From Camelus dromedarius (Eukaryota): a DNA stretch of 64,000 nucleotides. The stretch is taken from positions 5,582,001 through 5,646,000 of the forward strand of contig NC_087438.1 in assembly GCF_036321535.1 (NCBI RefSeq). The letters run 5' to 3'. A program made the position numbers and the translations under genes. Shown here in pieces: positions 40,367 through 52,023 of the stretch (positions are counted from its first letter, which is position 1; every line of letters starts with the position of its first letter). The notes below the pieces were generated by a model, which saw only the letters and a list, made by a program, of their open reading frames with translations, ran no database searches and had not been told where the DNA came from.

Positions 40367-41339
40367 AATGTGTTTTCATGTGGCCAGCATTTAGCGGGTA
40401 CCTAATTAACATTGCCTTAAAAGGAGTTTAAAATCACTGTTTGCAAATCTTAATTCAAATTCCTACTCCTCTTTCAAAAAATATTCCTTTCATGATTCTG
40501 CAACTTAAAGGGACATAAATTGATTTTCTCAAGTGCCTGAAAATTAGTCACACAAGGAAGCACCCAGACAGACCCACATTTTGGAAGAACTGACCAGGTC
40601 AAAGGAAAAACTTAAGGGAATCTTACAGGGCAACAGCCTGTTGAAAGTGAAAATATCGATTTTACAAACTTTCTTTGGACTTTATACTGCCTACCTGTTA
40701 CAAAGAGCTGACAGGTACTAGGAGAATAAGAGTATTTCTTTTTTATTTTTATTGCATGAGTGTGAGTTGGAATATTACTTTTTAATTTACATTTATTTAC
40801 CTCAAAAATCTGAGAATTTATCCAACTTTCCTTCCCATTCAAACCAACCCATTTCTCAATGCAGGCGTCCCAGAAGCCACCAGCTCCGTGACTGCTGCAG
40901 TAACCATTTCCTCGCGTGTTACTCTGTGTCATTCCTCACTGCAGGCACTGAGCCGACGCCCATGCATTTCCTCTCTCTTTTCTTTGCGAGGATCCCGTGA
41001 AGTTCTCGTTTGTCTGACCTGCAGCGTTTCCCCTGGGCTGAGGAATGCTGCCTGCTCTCTCCAGGCACACACAGCTCAACACCCTCCCCTGCCTGTTCTA
41101 TTTCTGACAGTTTGGCAGCTGGGTCCAGAGACTGAGCCATTTCTGGTCCCATTCCTTCGGCAACACTGTTGACAGGACCGCGTTCTTCTAACAGGACGCA
41201 GTTTATGTCTAATCGTCTCTTTTTTGTGATGGTGGTGCCATTGTTGCTTAATGCCTGTATCTATTAATCTACTGGGCTTGTAAAATGGTGACACTCCAAT
41301 TCTATTATTTCTTTTTTATTTATTAGTTAGAATACTGTT

Positions 41340-42167
41340 TTTTATTTTTTAAATAAGTTTATACAATGTACATATATAGAGTAGAACGTGATGTTTTGAT
41401 ATACATATACATAATGAAATGATTACTACTGTCAAGCTGATTAAACTATCCATTTCTTCATTCACCTTTTTTGTATGATGAGGTCATCTGAAATCTATTC
41501 CCTTAGCAAATTTTCCAGTAAACAATAGAGTATTAAGTCTACCATCGTGCTGCACATTAGATCTCAAGACTTTATTTGTCCTACCCAGCATCTCCCCATT
41601 TCTCCCTCCATCCTGCCCCTGGGCACCACTGTTCTACCCTCTGCTTCTGCACATTTGGCTTTTTTAGATTCCACATGTAAGTGAGGTCATGCAGAATTTT
41701 TTTCTGTTTCTAGCTTATTCCGCTTAACTTAATGTTCTCTGGGTTCATCCATATTGTTGCAAATGATAAGATTTCCTTGTTTTTAAAGGATAAATAATAT
41801 ACCACCATGTGTGTGTCATATTTTCTTTATCCATTCATCAATTGATGGACACTTGGGTTGTTTCCGTATCTTATCTACTGTAAATAGCACTGCAATGAGT
41901 CTGGGGGAACAGACCTCTAGGAAGTGCTGATTTTATTTCCTTCGTATCTATACCAGGAAGAAAGACTGCTGGATCATCTAGTAGTACTGTTTTTAATCTT
42001 CTGAGGGACCTTCACAGCGGCTGTATCAACTTACATTCCTACCAGCAGTGCGCAAAGGTTTCCTTTTCTCCACATCTTCCCTGACACTTATTATCTGTTG
42101 GTTTTTTGATAATAGACATCATAGCAGAAGTGAGGTGATATCTCATTGTAGTCTTGATCTGCATTTC
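41340..42167 (-). mobile_element. L1 3' end (L1MA/MB-like)
   Basis: T-rich tail, ttagattccacatgtaagtgaggtcatgcag, gatggacacttgggttgtttcc, gtgaggtgatatctcattg. Confidence 0.9.
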
Positions 42168-42754
42168 AAGATTCTTAACTTAATCAAACCTTTTGCCATA
42201 TAAGGTAGTACTCACATCTTGGGGATTAAGAAGTGGATGTATCTTTGGCAGTGGTGACGCGTTCGGACTACGACAGCAGCCTACAGAGAGACTTACACCC
42301 AACCACGGTCAGTCCCCATTCCCACCCCCAGCCCTAGGCAGCCACTAAACCTTTTTCTGTCTATACACACATTGTTAGTTTTTAATGATTTAATGCAGAA
42401 GAGACATCTTATTGGTAACGACTCTGATACATTATTTAAACACTGAGTTGTACAATCTGTGTACTTCTGACTGTGGTCTTCCATCCATTTAAATTAGTTG
42501 GTTTGAAATTAGCACATTATTAGATTGTGAAATTACTATACGAAATACAATATAATACATATTAAACTATAACGTCCTTAATCCTTATTTCTAAGGAATA
42601 AAAATTTCACACAGTGCCTCCAGACATATAACCAAATGAAGAAGTTTCCCAGCTATTTTAAATATCTGCAAATATAGGTAAAAGGTAGGCCAATACTTTG
42701 GGGTATAAATGTCAATTTCCACTTAGACTTTAGGACAATATCATTGTCTTTTAC

Positions 42755-42792
<38 letters not shown>

Positions 42793-42802
42793 GTGTGTGT
42801 GT
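42755..42802. repeat. (TA)16 microsatellite with (TG) flanks
   Basis: Directly visible. Confidence 0.95.
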
Positions 42803-43444
42803 ATTCACCTAAAGCATCATTCAATATCAAGGAGATTTCAATCACAATGACAATTTAGGGTCTTTAAGTATGCAGACAAAGACTTACAAATTTTGGCCAA
42901 AAAGCCAAAAAAGATTTTTAAAAAAGCCTTTCAGAAAGATTCAAGAAAACACAAATTTTAGATACAGTGTTTCTTCAGTTTATTCAGATTTATTCCATTT
43001 TCCAACAGAATAATCCATGTGTAAATCACATTCTTTAGTGTTAAATAATAGGTACAAAGGTCTTATATGTACTCTTTATAGTCATATCTATGTTTCCTTT
43101 TATGCTACATAATTTAGTCTTCCAAGAGCTTTGTTACCTAGGAATTAAGAAGGCAGAGTTTAGCTATTACGGCTCACTTCCGTGGTTATTTATTTGTCCA
43201 TAGTTTACCAAGAAAGAGCAGAAATACCAGATATTTATGGAATTTCACATATTCTGTATTCATGAAGGTCTGGTGCTTAATTAACATACCTGCACTAGTG
43301 ACAGAGTGCCTTATCAGGTAGGTTTTAGATTACAAACACTACGTCTGATTCTACGCAAGGACATTTTTGTTCTCTTAGTAAGTCATGCTCATTTTAAAGG
43401 GCAGTCTTTTACCTGAGTGTGAACAGCTCCAGCCGCAGTCATGC

Positions 43445-44425
43445 TATTGTATTAGGGCTGCTGTACCAAAGTATAACAGATTGAATACTTCAACAATAGA
43501 AATTATTATTTCAGAGTCCTGGAGACCAGAAGAATCAGATCAGAAAGTTGACAGCACTGGTTCCTTTTGAGGTTTGTGAGGGGAAGCTGTTCCACACCTC
43601 CCTCCTGGCTCCTGGAGGTTTGCTGGCCATCCTTGGTTTGTAGGAGCAGCACTCCCATCTCTGCCTTCTTGTCCCATGGTGTGCTCCCTGCATGCATTGT
43701 GAATAAAAATTCTGCCTGCCACATAAGTAAACAAAGGCTGTTGCAGCCATCAAGCCATCACACTGCAGCCAGCCCTGACGGTGAGCCCTGAGGGAGCTTG
43801 GGATGGAACAGGATGCCCACCAAGCAGCTATCAGCTGCAGCTACCCCTGACAGTGCACCCCTAGCAGAGGGGACTCAGGGTGGGAAAGCACAGGAGACTG
43901 ACCCTAGAGAGCTAAGGTGGACATCAAAGGAATGATTTCAATGAGCCCAGACGTTTGCAACTTCGTGTGCATAGAAAACTGCTAAATTCCTTAACTTGAG
44001 ATATCTAGTTTTCTTTAGTTAACAGTAATTGTTTGATGTTCTGACTACCTGGTCTTTGTTGCAAAAATGCCTATATATCCCGGCTCCTCCACCACCTCTT
44101 TGAAGAAGTCCCTTAGAGCCATCGGAGAGGCCGCCTCCTGGGCTGAGGCCGCCTCCCGGGCTGAGTCCTCAGAAAGTTTGCCGAAGAAAACAGAACTCTC
44201 ACCTTTTAGGCTGTGCATTGTTTTTTAGTCGACATTGTCTGTCTCCAATGTCCCCATTTTGAAAGAACACCAGCCATATTGGATTAGGGGCCACCAATGT
44301 GACCTCGTCATAACTTAACGAATTCCATCTGCAAAGACCCCATTTTCAAATAAGTCACATTCTGAGGTATTGGGGGAAAGGGCTCCAACATGGACTATGG
44401 AGGGACATAATTCAACCCATGACCA
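43445..44425 (-). mobile_element. MLT1 (MaLR) LTR split by a younger ERV LTR
   Basis: tagggctgctgtaccaaagta... on the left and catctgcaaagaccccattttcaaataagtcacattctgaggta...cataattcaaccca on the right. Confidence 0.8.
43698..44234 (+). mobile_element. ERV1-like solo LTR
   Basis: TG...CA ends (tgtgaataaaa...tagtcgaca), TATA-like cctatatat near 44072, homologous to 46361-46710. TSD not clear. Confidence 0.75.
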
Positions 44426-46360
44426 CTATTAACAATAGAGCATAGCCTGAGAACTCGCCTCTGTGACTGTCAAGGGCAACTGAAAACAACGGGGAAACCT
44501 GCTCTCCCTGACAGCGCGCCCCTGCACAGCGCCCCACCGCCGTGATCGGTACGCGCGCGGATCCCCTTGCGTCCCCACCTCAAGGGGTTTACGTTCTCTG
44601 ACTTCTTTTGTCACTCCAGGCTTCCTTTAGGGAAACACAAAATGCCGTTAGCAATGGTGCTTCCCAATTTCCCCAATTTCCTGTAGGCTCAGATTGCCCC
44701 TGACGTGACTATTCAGGAATTCTGTCTGCAGACTTCCACTTGGCGTTTCACAATTTCATGCTTGAAGAACCCGAGTATGAAAGGTTGCTTTGCGGAATTA
44801 AATTATAACGCTGCCGTAAATCTCTAATTATATGAAAATGTGCTGCTCTTACCGTCCAATTTTATGAACTTTTAAATACACTCTGTCTAAAACTTTATGG
44901 CAATGCTGTCTACATCGTGAGCCCTGTTGCACCAAGCTGATTTTGGAATGGAAAAAATTGTGTGAAAATATATGATCTATAAAATATCTTTGTCACGGGT
45001 GTAACTCCTCCCTCACGTCAGCGCTGCAGTTCTGGCTAAAGATCCTCAGACTCAGACACGTCGAGGGTATAGGCAGAGCACAGATAACTCAGGCGGTACC
45101 CAGGGTTGAGTCTATTCGGGTGATAGCTCAATGGAAACAGAGATACTTAAGAAAACTAATTAATTTTTAGCCAGTAACAACACTTAAAGGAGATACAGTA
45201 TGTGAATCTATCACTTTTTTTTCTGCTATAAAAATCCATGTGCTTTTCAAACTTCATCAGTTAGAGCTTATTTTGTAGGTGACTAGATAATGGAGTGAAT
45301 CTGGTTAGAATTTCAGGGAGTAAAAAGGGAAAGGAATTACCTGAATTATTACGATGTGAAGGTATATTTAAGTTTCCTTTGATTGGGTGCATAGGTCGGC
45401 AATTCACACTGTAAACACTGCTTTTTAATTCACTCACTGAAATAAATGTAGCACACACTGTCAAGGGCAAGGGCTACAATTACCTGGCTTTCGAAAGCGT
45501 AGGCCAAAAGCAGGGATGTAAAATTTAACTCATTTAATAGTCAAACTGCTTTTTTTGGTCATAAAAGTTATATCACCTTCCTAGTTAAGTCAGCCCCTCA
45601 AAAATCTCCTGGCTAGCTGAGCTAAAAAGATGTTGGTTCAGAAATGTGTACGTTTATTTTCTCCTTGATGACAGACTATTTCAAATAGTGCAAAGCTAGA
45701 TTCTTTTTAGCCCAAACAGGGGAAAAGTATACATATTTGTAAACCTTTAAATAAATATTGATTTATTAAATTGAATTTTAAAATACGTATCAGTGTGTGA
45801 TGTAATGAAATGTAAAATCATCTACCCTGTCTTCATAAAATACGTATGTAGCATCAAGAAGATCAAAACTGTTTTCATCAATTTTTATGAGGACAGACTC
45901 TCCAGAAATTCCAGAACAATAAAACTGTTTCTTAGAGGCTAACGGCCAGTGTGAACAGTAGAAGACAAATGATGATATATTAGTTCAATGCAAAAAATAA
46001 ATGAAAATCTGAGTTTTTTTAGATAACATTTTTATCCTGGGCAAAACTCTAGTGTATTCCAAATTTGAGATTACAGTGTTTTAAAAATGAAAAAAAATCT
46101 GAAGTGCCAAGCATATAAATGTGCTGAGAAACCATTCATTCATGTTGTGTATTGATCCCAGGATTGATTTTTTAAAATTAAATATCAAAGTGGATTTGAA
46201 CTTTTATTTTTCAGTTATTCATTTTGCAAGCCTGTTTACCAAGACCACTGGCCCCTTTTTTAGTACAAGGAACGGTCCCTGGGAAGTCGTTTCCCACTGG
46301 GGACTACACCTCCAAGCCCGTCTGTGGCTGGTGGGGTGGTGGACCTGTTCCCGCCTGTTA

Positions 46361-46710
46361 GACCGACAGCTCTGAGGGGCGTTCCAAAGAGGTAAGGGAG
46401 GAGCCGGTATATACAGGTGTTTTTGCTGGAAAAAAAAATGTAGTTGAACATCAGACGATGACTGCTAATCACAAAACAGACATCGTAAGTTAAGGAATTT
46501 AGTGCTTTCCTATGTGTGAGAAGATGCAAGAGTCTGGACTTACTAAAGTCAATCCTTTCATATGCGCCTTCACTATCTAGGGCCAGTCTCCTGCTTTTCT
46601 CCATCCTGAGTCCCTCAGAGTACAGCATCCGGACAGCTGCAGTGGCTGATGACTTTATGGCCACAACATCCTTTGTTTACTGAAGTGGTGGGTGACACTT
46701 TTTGTCCACA
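46361..46710 (-). mobile_element. Truncated LTR of the same family as 43698-44234
   Basis: Reverse complement shares agtaaacaaagg, caggagactg.ccctaga and ctaaattccttaactt. The U5 end is missing. Confidence 0.8.
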
Positions 46711-47340
46711 ACAGCAAGGTTAGCAAATACAGAGCCCAGAATCCCTTTCCTGTGTGGCTCCAGGTTCAAATTTGCCAGAGAGAGGAATTCAGTTGCAGTT
46801 GGACCCCTGGACAGACACAGGTTTCCCAAGGTGTCCTGGTGGCTCTTGGGAACCATCAATTTCACTGCCACTGATGCAACAGGTGGAGGGCGACCCCTGG
46901 AGGATCCTCAGTACTGAGGGAGCTTCTCGTCAGATTTTGACCATCACCCACTTCTCAGCCGCCAGCTGACACCAGCGGCAGTTTCCCTGATTTTGTGGAG
47001 ACATCTAGATCTTCAGCAATTACATACATTTTAATCTTTTATGAAAACCTTTATACCCAAAATATTTTGCATGACTTTCTGCTAGCTTTACTGAATGCTA
47101 GAAGCCAGGAATAAATTTATGTGTGTCAAGCTGTTGAAATTTTAGATGTGCTGGCAAAATGCTCATTCTCCCAATACTCAACATACCTTTTGGCTGTGCT
47201 CTTTTTCAAAACCCAGCCTTCATTTATATTAATACTTACTGTTTGAATTTTTCTCTGAGCTATAGCCTTATACTTGCTCTGCTAATCTATATCATTTATG
47301 GAAAACCTACATGTGCTGGTCTCAGACTATCAATAACCAA

Positions 47341-47875
47341 TGTTGCGGTGGGACCAGCCCTTGTGTTTCTTACTATGATGGCAAGATGCCCTTCAGCAGA
47401 AAGAAACAGAGGAAATGGAGATTTATTACTTACAAGACCTAGAAATCACACAGCACACCTAGGGTCGCACAGTGAGGCTGCAGGCGGGAGCGTGGGGGGG
47501 GGGGACTCATGGGCTGGGGACTCTGCTTTTATACTGAGGTCCAGAGCGAGGGCTTAGGGTTTCCTGGGCTCCTCTTTATTGGTGAATTTAAAATATAAGA
47601 GCAGGAATTTTAAGTGTGGGAAGAGAGAAAAAGAAAGGAAAGCCAAGCATCCCCAACTGCCAGGTGTCCTAATTAACTAGCATCTCTAGGACAAAGGAGC
47701 CCCCATGGAGAAGGTGGCCTGGTTCTTTATCTAGCCCAGGGGCTGACAACATGTTTATTTCAGACAGCCTTCCTGGAAGGAGGCGCCTCTTTAAAGCAGA
47801 GGCCCCTGCGATCAAAGCTTAGATCAGGCACTCACATGACAAGAGGAAAAGCCAGCTGTCAGGGCTCACACTGCA
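47341..47875 (-). mobile_element. Old ERVL-like solo LTR
   Basis: TG...CA ends, with minus-strand TATAAAA (near 47530) upstream of AATAAA (near 47425). No TSD seen. Confidence 0.6.
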
Positions 47876-48289
47876 CGACTTCACTCCTTAGACGAGGCGC
47901 CAGTTCTTGAAACACACGTGGCCCTACGTACTTACCTTTCTTAGTTTACAATGTCTTTTCATTTCTGAATATTGATGAGGTAAAGTGCTATCCTATCACT
48001 CTCTATAACAGACAAAACTAATTTAAGGGAATTATCTGTTTCATTCTCAATCTCCCTTGAGGTAGGTAAGAACAAGAGGAGAAGATGATGGTCTTGTCCA
48101 TGGGTTTCTCTCAGATTTCCACTTTCTATTTTACATACCAGAAAAGCAGAGATAGCTCCACAAACCAATATATCTATACATATTGATTTACAGAAAACAA
48201 ACAGAGAAGTTTGTTGCGTGCATTGCATGCATATTGGGGAACACCCCCAATAAATGATGATTTTCAGGTTTGAGTATCAGGGAAGGCAG

Positions 48290-49410
48290 GACTGTGTGGA
48301 GAGTCAATAAAAGAGAATCAAATACAAATATTTTTGAAATCAATGACAGAGTTCATTAAGTTGCTGAGTACAAAATTAATGTAAAAATCAATAGCTTAAC
48401 TAAACATAAACAGCATTTAGTAAATGTATTGGAATGAAACATCCCATTTATTAGACTAATACAAGAACATGAAATAGCTCAATGTAAACTTAAAAAGCAT
48501 ATACACAATGTAGAGAAATGACTCTTTAAAATGCTACTGAGAGATGCAACAGAAGACAAATGGAAATGTCTATTCTACTCCTGGACTGAAAAAGAAAAGC
48601 ATTATTGTCAAGAAGCCAATTTTCATAAATTAGCCTGTACACAGTATTCAGTGAACAGCAATCAATGTATAAGCAATTTTCTTTCGCACATACATAAGCT
48701 AAATCTAAGGTTCTTTGGGAAAACAAGTGTGCAAGAATATGCAGGCCACTTCCAAAATCAAGGAGTAATAATACTGAACTAATTCTACCAGAAATTAAAA
48801 ATGTAACAGTGAAGAAAGTGTCAATGATACTGTGTTATATTTTTCCAAGTTGCTAAGAAACTAGACCTTAAATGTTCTATCCACAAAAAAAAAAAATGAT
48901 AAATGTGATATGATAGAAGCGTTAATTAATGCTTCAGTGGTAATTATATTGCAACATATAAACGTATTGAATCAACCTTTGCATGTCTTAAACTTACACA
49001 ATATTATATGCTAATTATATCTTAATAAAAAAAGTAATAGGAAGCAACACTCATTAGAACAGAGTGACACCAGTGCTAGAAGAGAGTGGAACAACCAATA
49101 AAACATAATTCAAAACCTAGAAATAAACTAAAACTCACATATATTTGGTTAAAAAAAATACAGTTTGCCTTTCAAACCAGTGGGAAAATATGGATTATTA
49201 AATAAATGTGATCAAAACAACTTCCTAGCTGTCTGGAAATGAAACCTGTATCTCTTCCTCACCACTTATACTGAAACAAATTCCAGTTGTATCAAAAATC
49301 ACTTGAAAAATTAAAACCACAGACGTGATATGGTTAAAAAATAATTTTGAAATGGGGAAGGTCTTCCTAATTGTTGATCAGAAGCCTGAAGTAAGAAGAC
49401 AGGCGGGCTC
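48290..49410 (+). mobile_element. Old L1 ORF2 fragment with a nested L1 3' tail (about 48825-49035)
   Basis: aagttgctgagtacaaaattaatgtaaaaatcaatagc; nested aagttgctaagaaactagaccttaaatgttct...aattatatcttaataaaa. Confidence 0.75.
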
Positions 49411-49414
49411 ACCC

Positions 49415-49951
49415 TGAAGGGGTTCAGAATGAGCCTCCCCCAAAATGCACCACTTTGCCATTGGCGTTATTTTGAGCTGAAGACAATCAAGGCCTGAAAG
49501 ACTCAGAAAGAGCTTTTTATCTGCCTCTTAACTGCCTGAAAGAATGTAGACAGAGGACCTGGTCCAGGAAGAAAACCATCACTAAAGGTGACTACAAAGA
49601 TAACTACGAAGTACAGGGTGAGAAGTGTTGAGCCGGGGGAGCTTGGCAGGGCCAAGTTTGTCTCTGTGTGGAAGCACGAACACCTGTTTACCAAGTATTT
49701 GCTCTTCCCATTGTCCTGCAAATTGTCTTCCTCTCCTTTGTAGTCCCAGAGCACCGCTCCCTTCTTTTTGGCTCAGAAAAGCAGATAAGCCTCCATTGCC
49801 TGCCTGCCTCTGGGTCTCATAGTCTTATGGGACTCCCTTACGTAAATAACGAAATTAGTTTTTCTTCTGTTAATCTGTCTTATGTCAATTTAATTATTAG
49901 GCCAGCCAAAAGAACCCAGAAGGGCAGAGGAGAAAAATTTCCTCCTCAACA
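49415..49951 (+). mobile_element. MER34-like ERV1 solo LTR
   Basis: tgaaggggttcagaa...ttcttctgttaatctgtctt...ctcaaca with perfect 4-bp TSD ACCC (49411-14 and 49952-55). Confidence 0.85.
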
Positions 49952-51068
49952 ACCCACATTAAAACAACAGCAGCAACAACAGAAAACAGCACAACAAATG
50001 AAAATGTAGAAACTGAAAAGAAAGTTTTAAGAAGAGCACATACGAAGAAGAGAAGCATGGAAAATATGTTCAAACAGAGAGAGGGAAACGCTGCCTCCAT
50101 TTATTCATTGGAATAAATAAATAAAAATGAATAAAAGCCTTGCGGGAACAAAGAATCCAGGGTAAAGAATGCACATTTTCAGATCTCAGCTTTGCAGCAT
50201 CAGGACCCAGCAGGACCACAGCCGTGAGAAGAGGACTGGGCTGATACAGATGAGACCAAAAGGAGGTGGCGAGTGCCCTGGCAATGGGGTTGCAACAGGA
50301 GAAAGCTGAGGATTGCCGGCAGCATGTTAAAGGATCTTGCAAGTGAAGCACTTTGCGCGCAGGAGAGGACCGAGGAGCGCTGCAACGTGTTCATTTCGGA
50401 GAACACGCATGCGCACTGACGACCTCTGCCTGCTGGCTAGCATGTCCTGGGCGCGGACGCTGCGGTGGAACCTTTTTCCAGGGGTACAGTTTCCAGGCTT
50501 CTTTTCTGTTTTGCTGTGAACTTCCATTTTGAGATCTTGCTATCTGTCTTCCTTGTCTCTAAGAAGTTGAAAGGTTTCTTTCACTCTGACGACCGCTTTG
50601 AAGCAGTATTGCCAGTCTGGGAAATTAAATGCAAAAGCACTGTATGAGGTTGCTCCATAAAGTCTGATAAAGTTTGATAAACTGCATTCATGAATGCAAT
50701 TAAATTATTGCATTTTCAAAATATGATTGCACGTGAAAACCCATCAGAGAAAAGAGCTAAGCAAAAACACCCCCAGCCAATTGCATTGTCCCAAATAATG
50801 GTACACCTCTAAGTTCAGTTCTAGGAACTTCTAGTCCAGTCAATCCACGTGAGCAAATCAGTGGGATGCCACGTGTTCAGCGCTGCAGGAAACCTAGCAA
50901 TTTCTGGCACTCATTTCCAAGGGATATTGGCATAATTTTGGAATTATTGCAACTAGTTATTAAAAATATTGCCCCACCAGGATTTTGCCTCTATAATGTA
51001 TGGCATAATTATTAAAGTGGCAGTATAGCATCCTTCATTAGACTGTGATAACTAAAGTGTTCTTACCA

Positions 51069-51671
51069 TGTTAGAGCAGGCAGACAGCTAGATATAAGCA
51101 GAATTAGTAAGGCATGGGCCAAATGGCAGGAAACCACACATCTTGTGGACCACAGGGATCTTTGGGCAGACAGAGAAAGGCAGGAACCTCCAGAATGACA
51201 AGAAACCACATGTTTTGGGGTGACAAGGATCCTAGAGGCAGACAAAGAAAGGTGGGAAAAGGTGGGACTCTCCAGCATCCAAATGTCACCTTTTGCTCAT
51301 TATGCCCTCATTAAGATAAATAGCCTTGCAGATTAGAAGTACCTATTATGCACCAACACCATGACACTTCCAATCAAGAGTAAATTAAAAAAAAAATCCC
51401 TCCTCCCCTTGGGGAGGTGGAGCTGGGATGAAAATCAGGAAATATGACTCCAAACCCCTCCCTCTTCAGTGAATATTCCTCCTATTCATTTTTTTTCATA
51501 CTGTGTAACCAGCTTGCCAAAGAAACTCAGCGCAGCTACTCACCTGAGTCTGCCCGCTCTCCCTGGGAGAGCATCCTATCACTTAACAGGTCCTCACTTT
51601 ACTTTCTTGACCTCCATGTCTCATCTCTGAATTCTTTCTGCAATGAGACAAGAACCTATTCTCAAGTAACA
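51069..51671 (+). mobile_element. ERV1-class solo LTR
   Basis: Termini tgttaga...agtaaca, near-TSD ACCA/ACTA, U5-like end tgaattctttctgcaatgagacaagaacc. Confidence 0.75.
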
Positions 51672-51990
51672 ACTATACTGAATGCCAACATCCTGGATTA
51701 ATAATGGCTGAATAGCAATCTGAGAGGAGCGTTGTGGAAGAGAGCCCTCCATCCACCCAGAACTGCAGACGGCCACGGCTCCCTGATGAGGCAGTGATGG
51801 TGCCTGAGTAGCAACTGCTTTTGTGTCACGAGGATCTTCTCAGATCCTCCCCACCACAATCACAAAAGCTCGGGGCCACTGTAGGGGAAAGGAGTGGAAA
51901 CAGGCAGCGAAGACCACTAGCTCCAAGCAGTATAAGAAATACCACCAGCTGAATTTCAGAGATAACTCACACGCCGACATATTTTGATAC

Positions 51991-52023
51991 ATTGATTAAA
52001 GTGACAGTGTCACTTTAATCAAT
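51991..52023. repeat. Perfect 16-bp inverted repeat with 1-nt spacer
   Basis: attgattaaagtgaca-g-tgtcactttaatcaat. Confidence 0.95.

Noticed and set aside
43698..46710. Two LTRs of one provirus
   Set aside because: Opposite orientation, visibly diverged, and no PBS, gag or pol between them.
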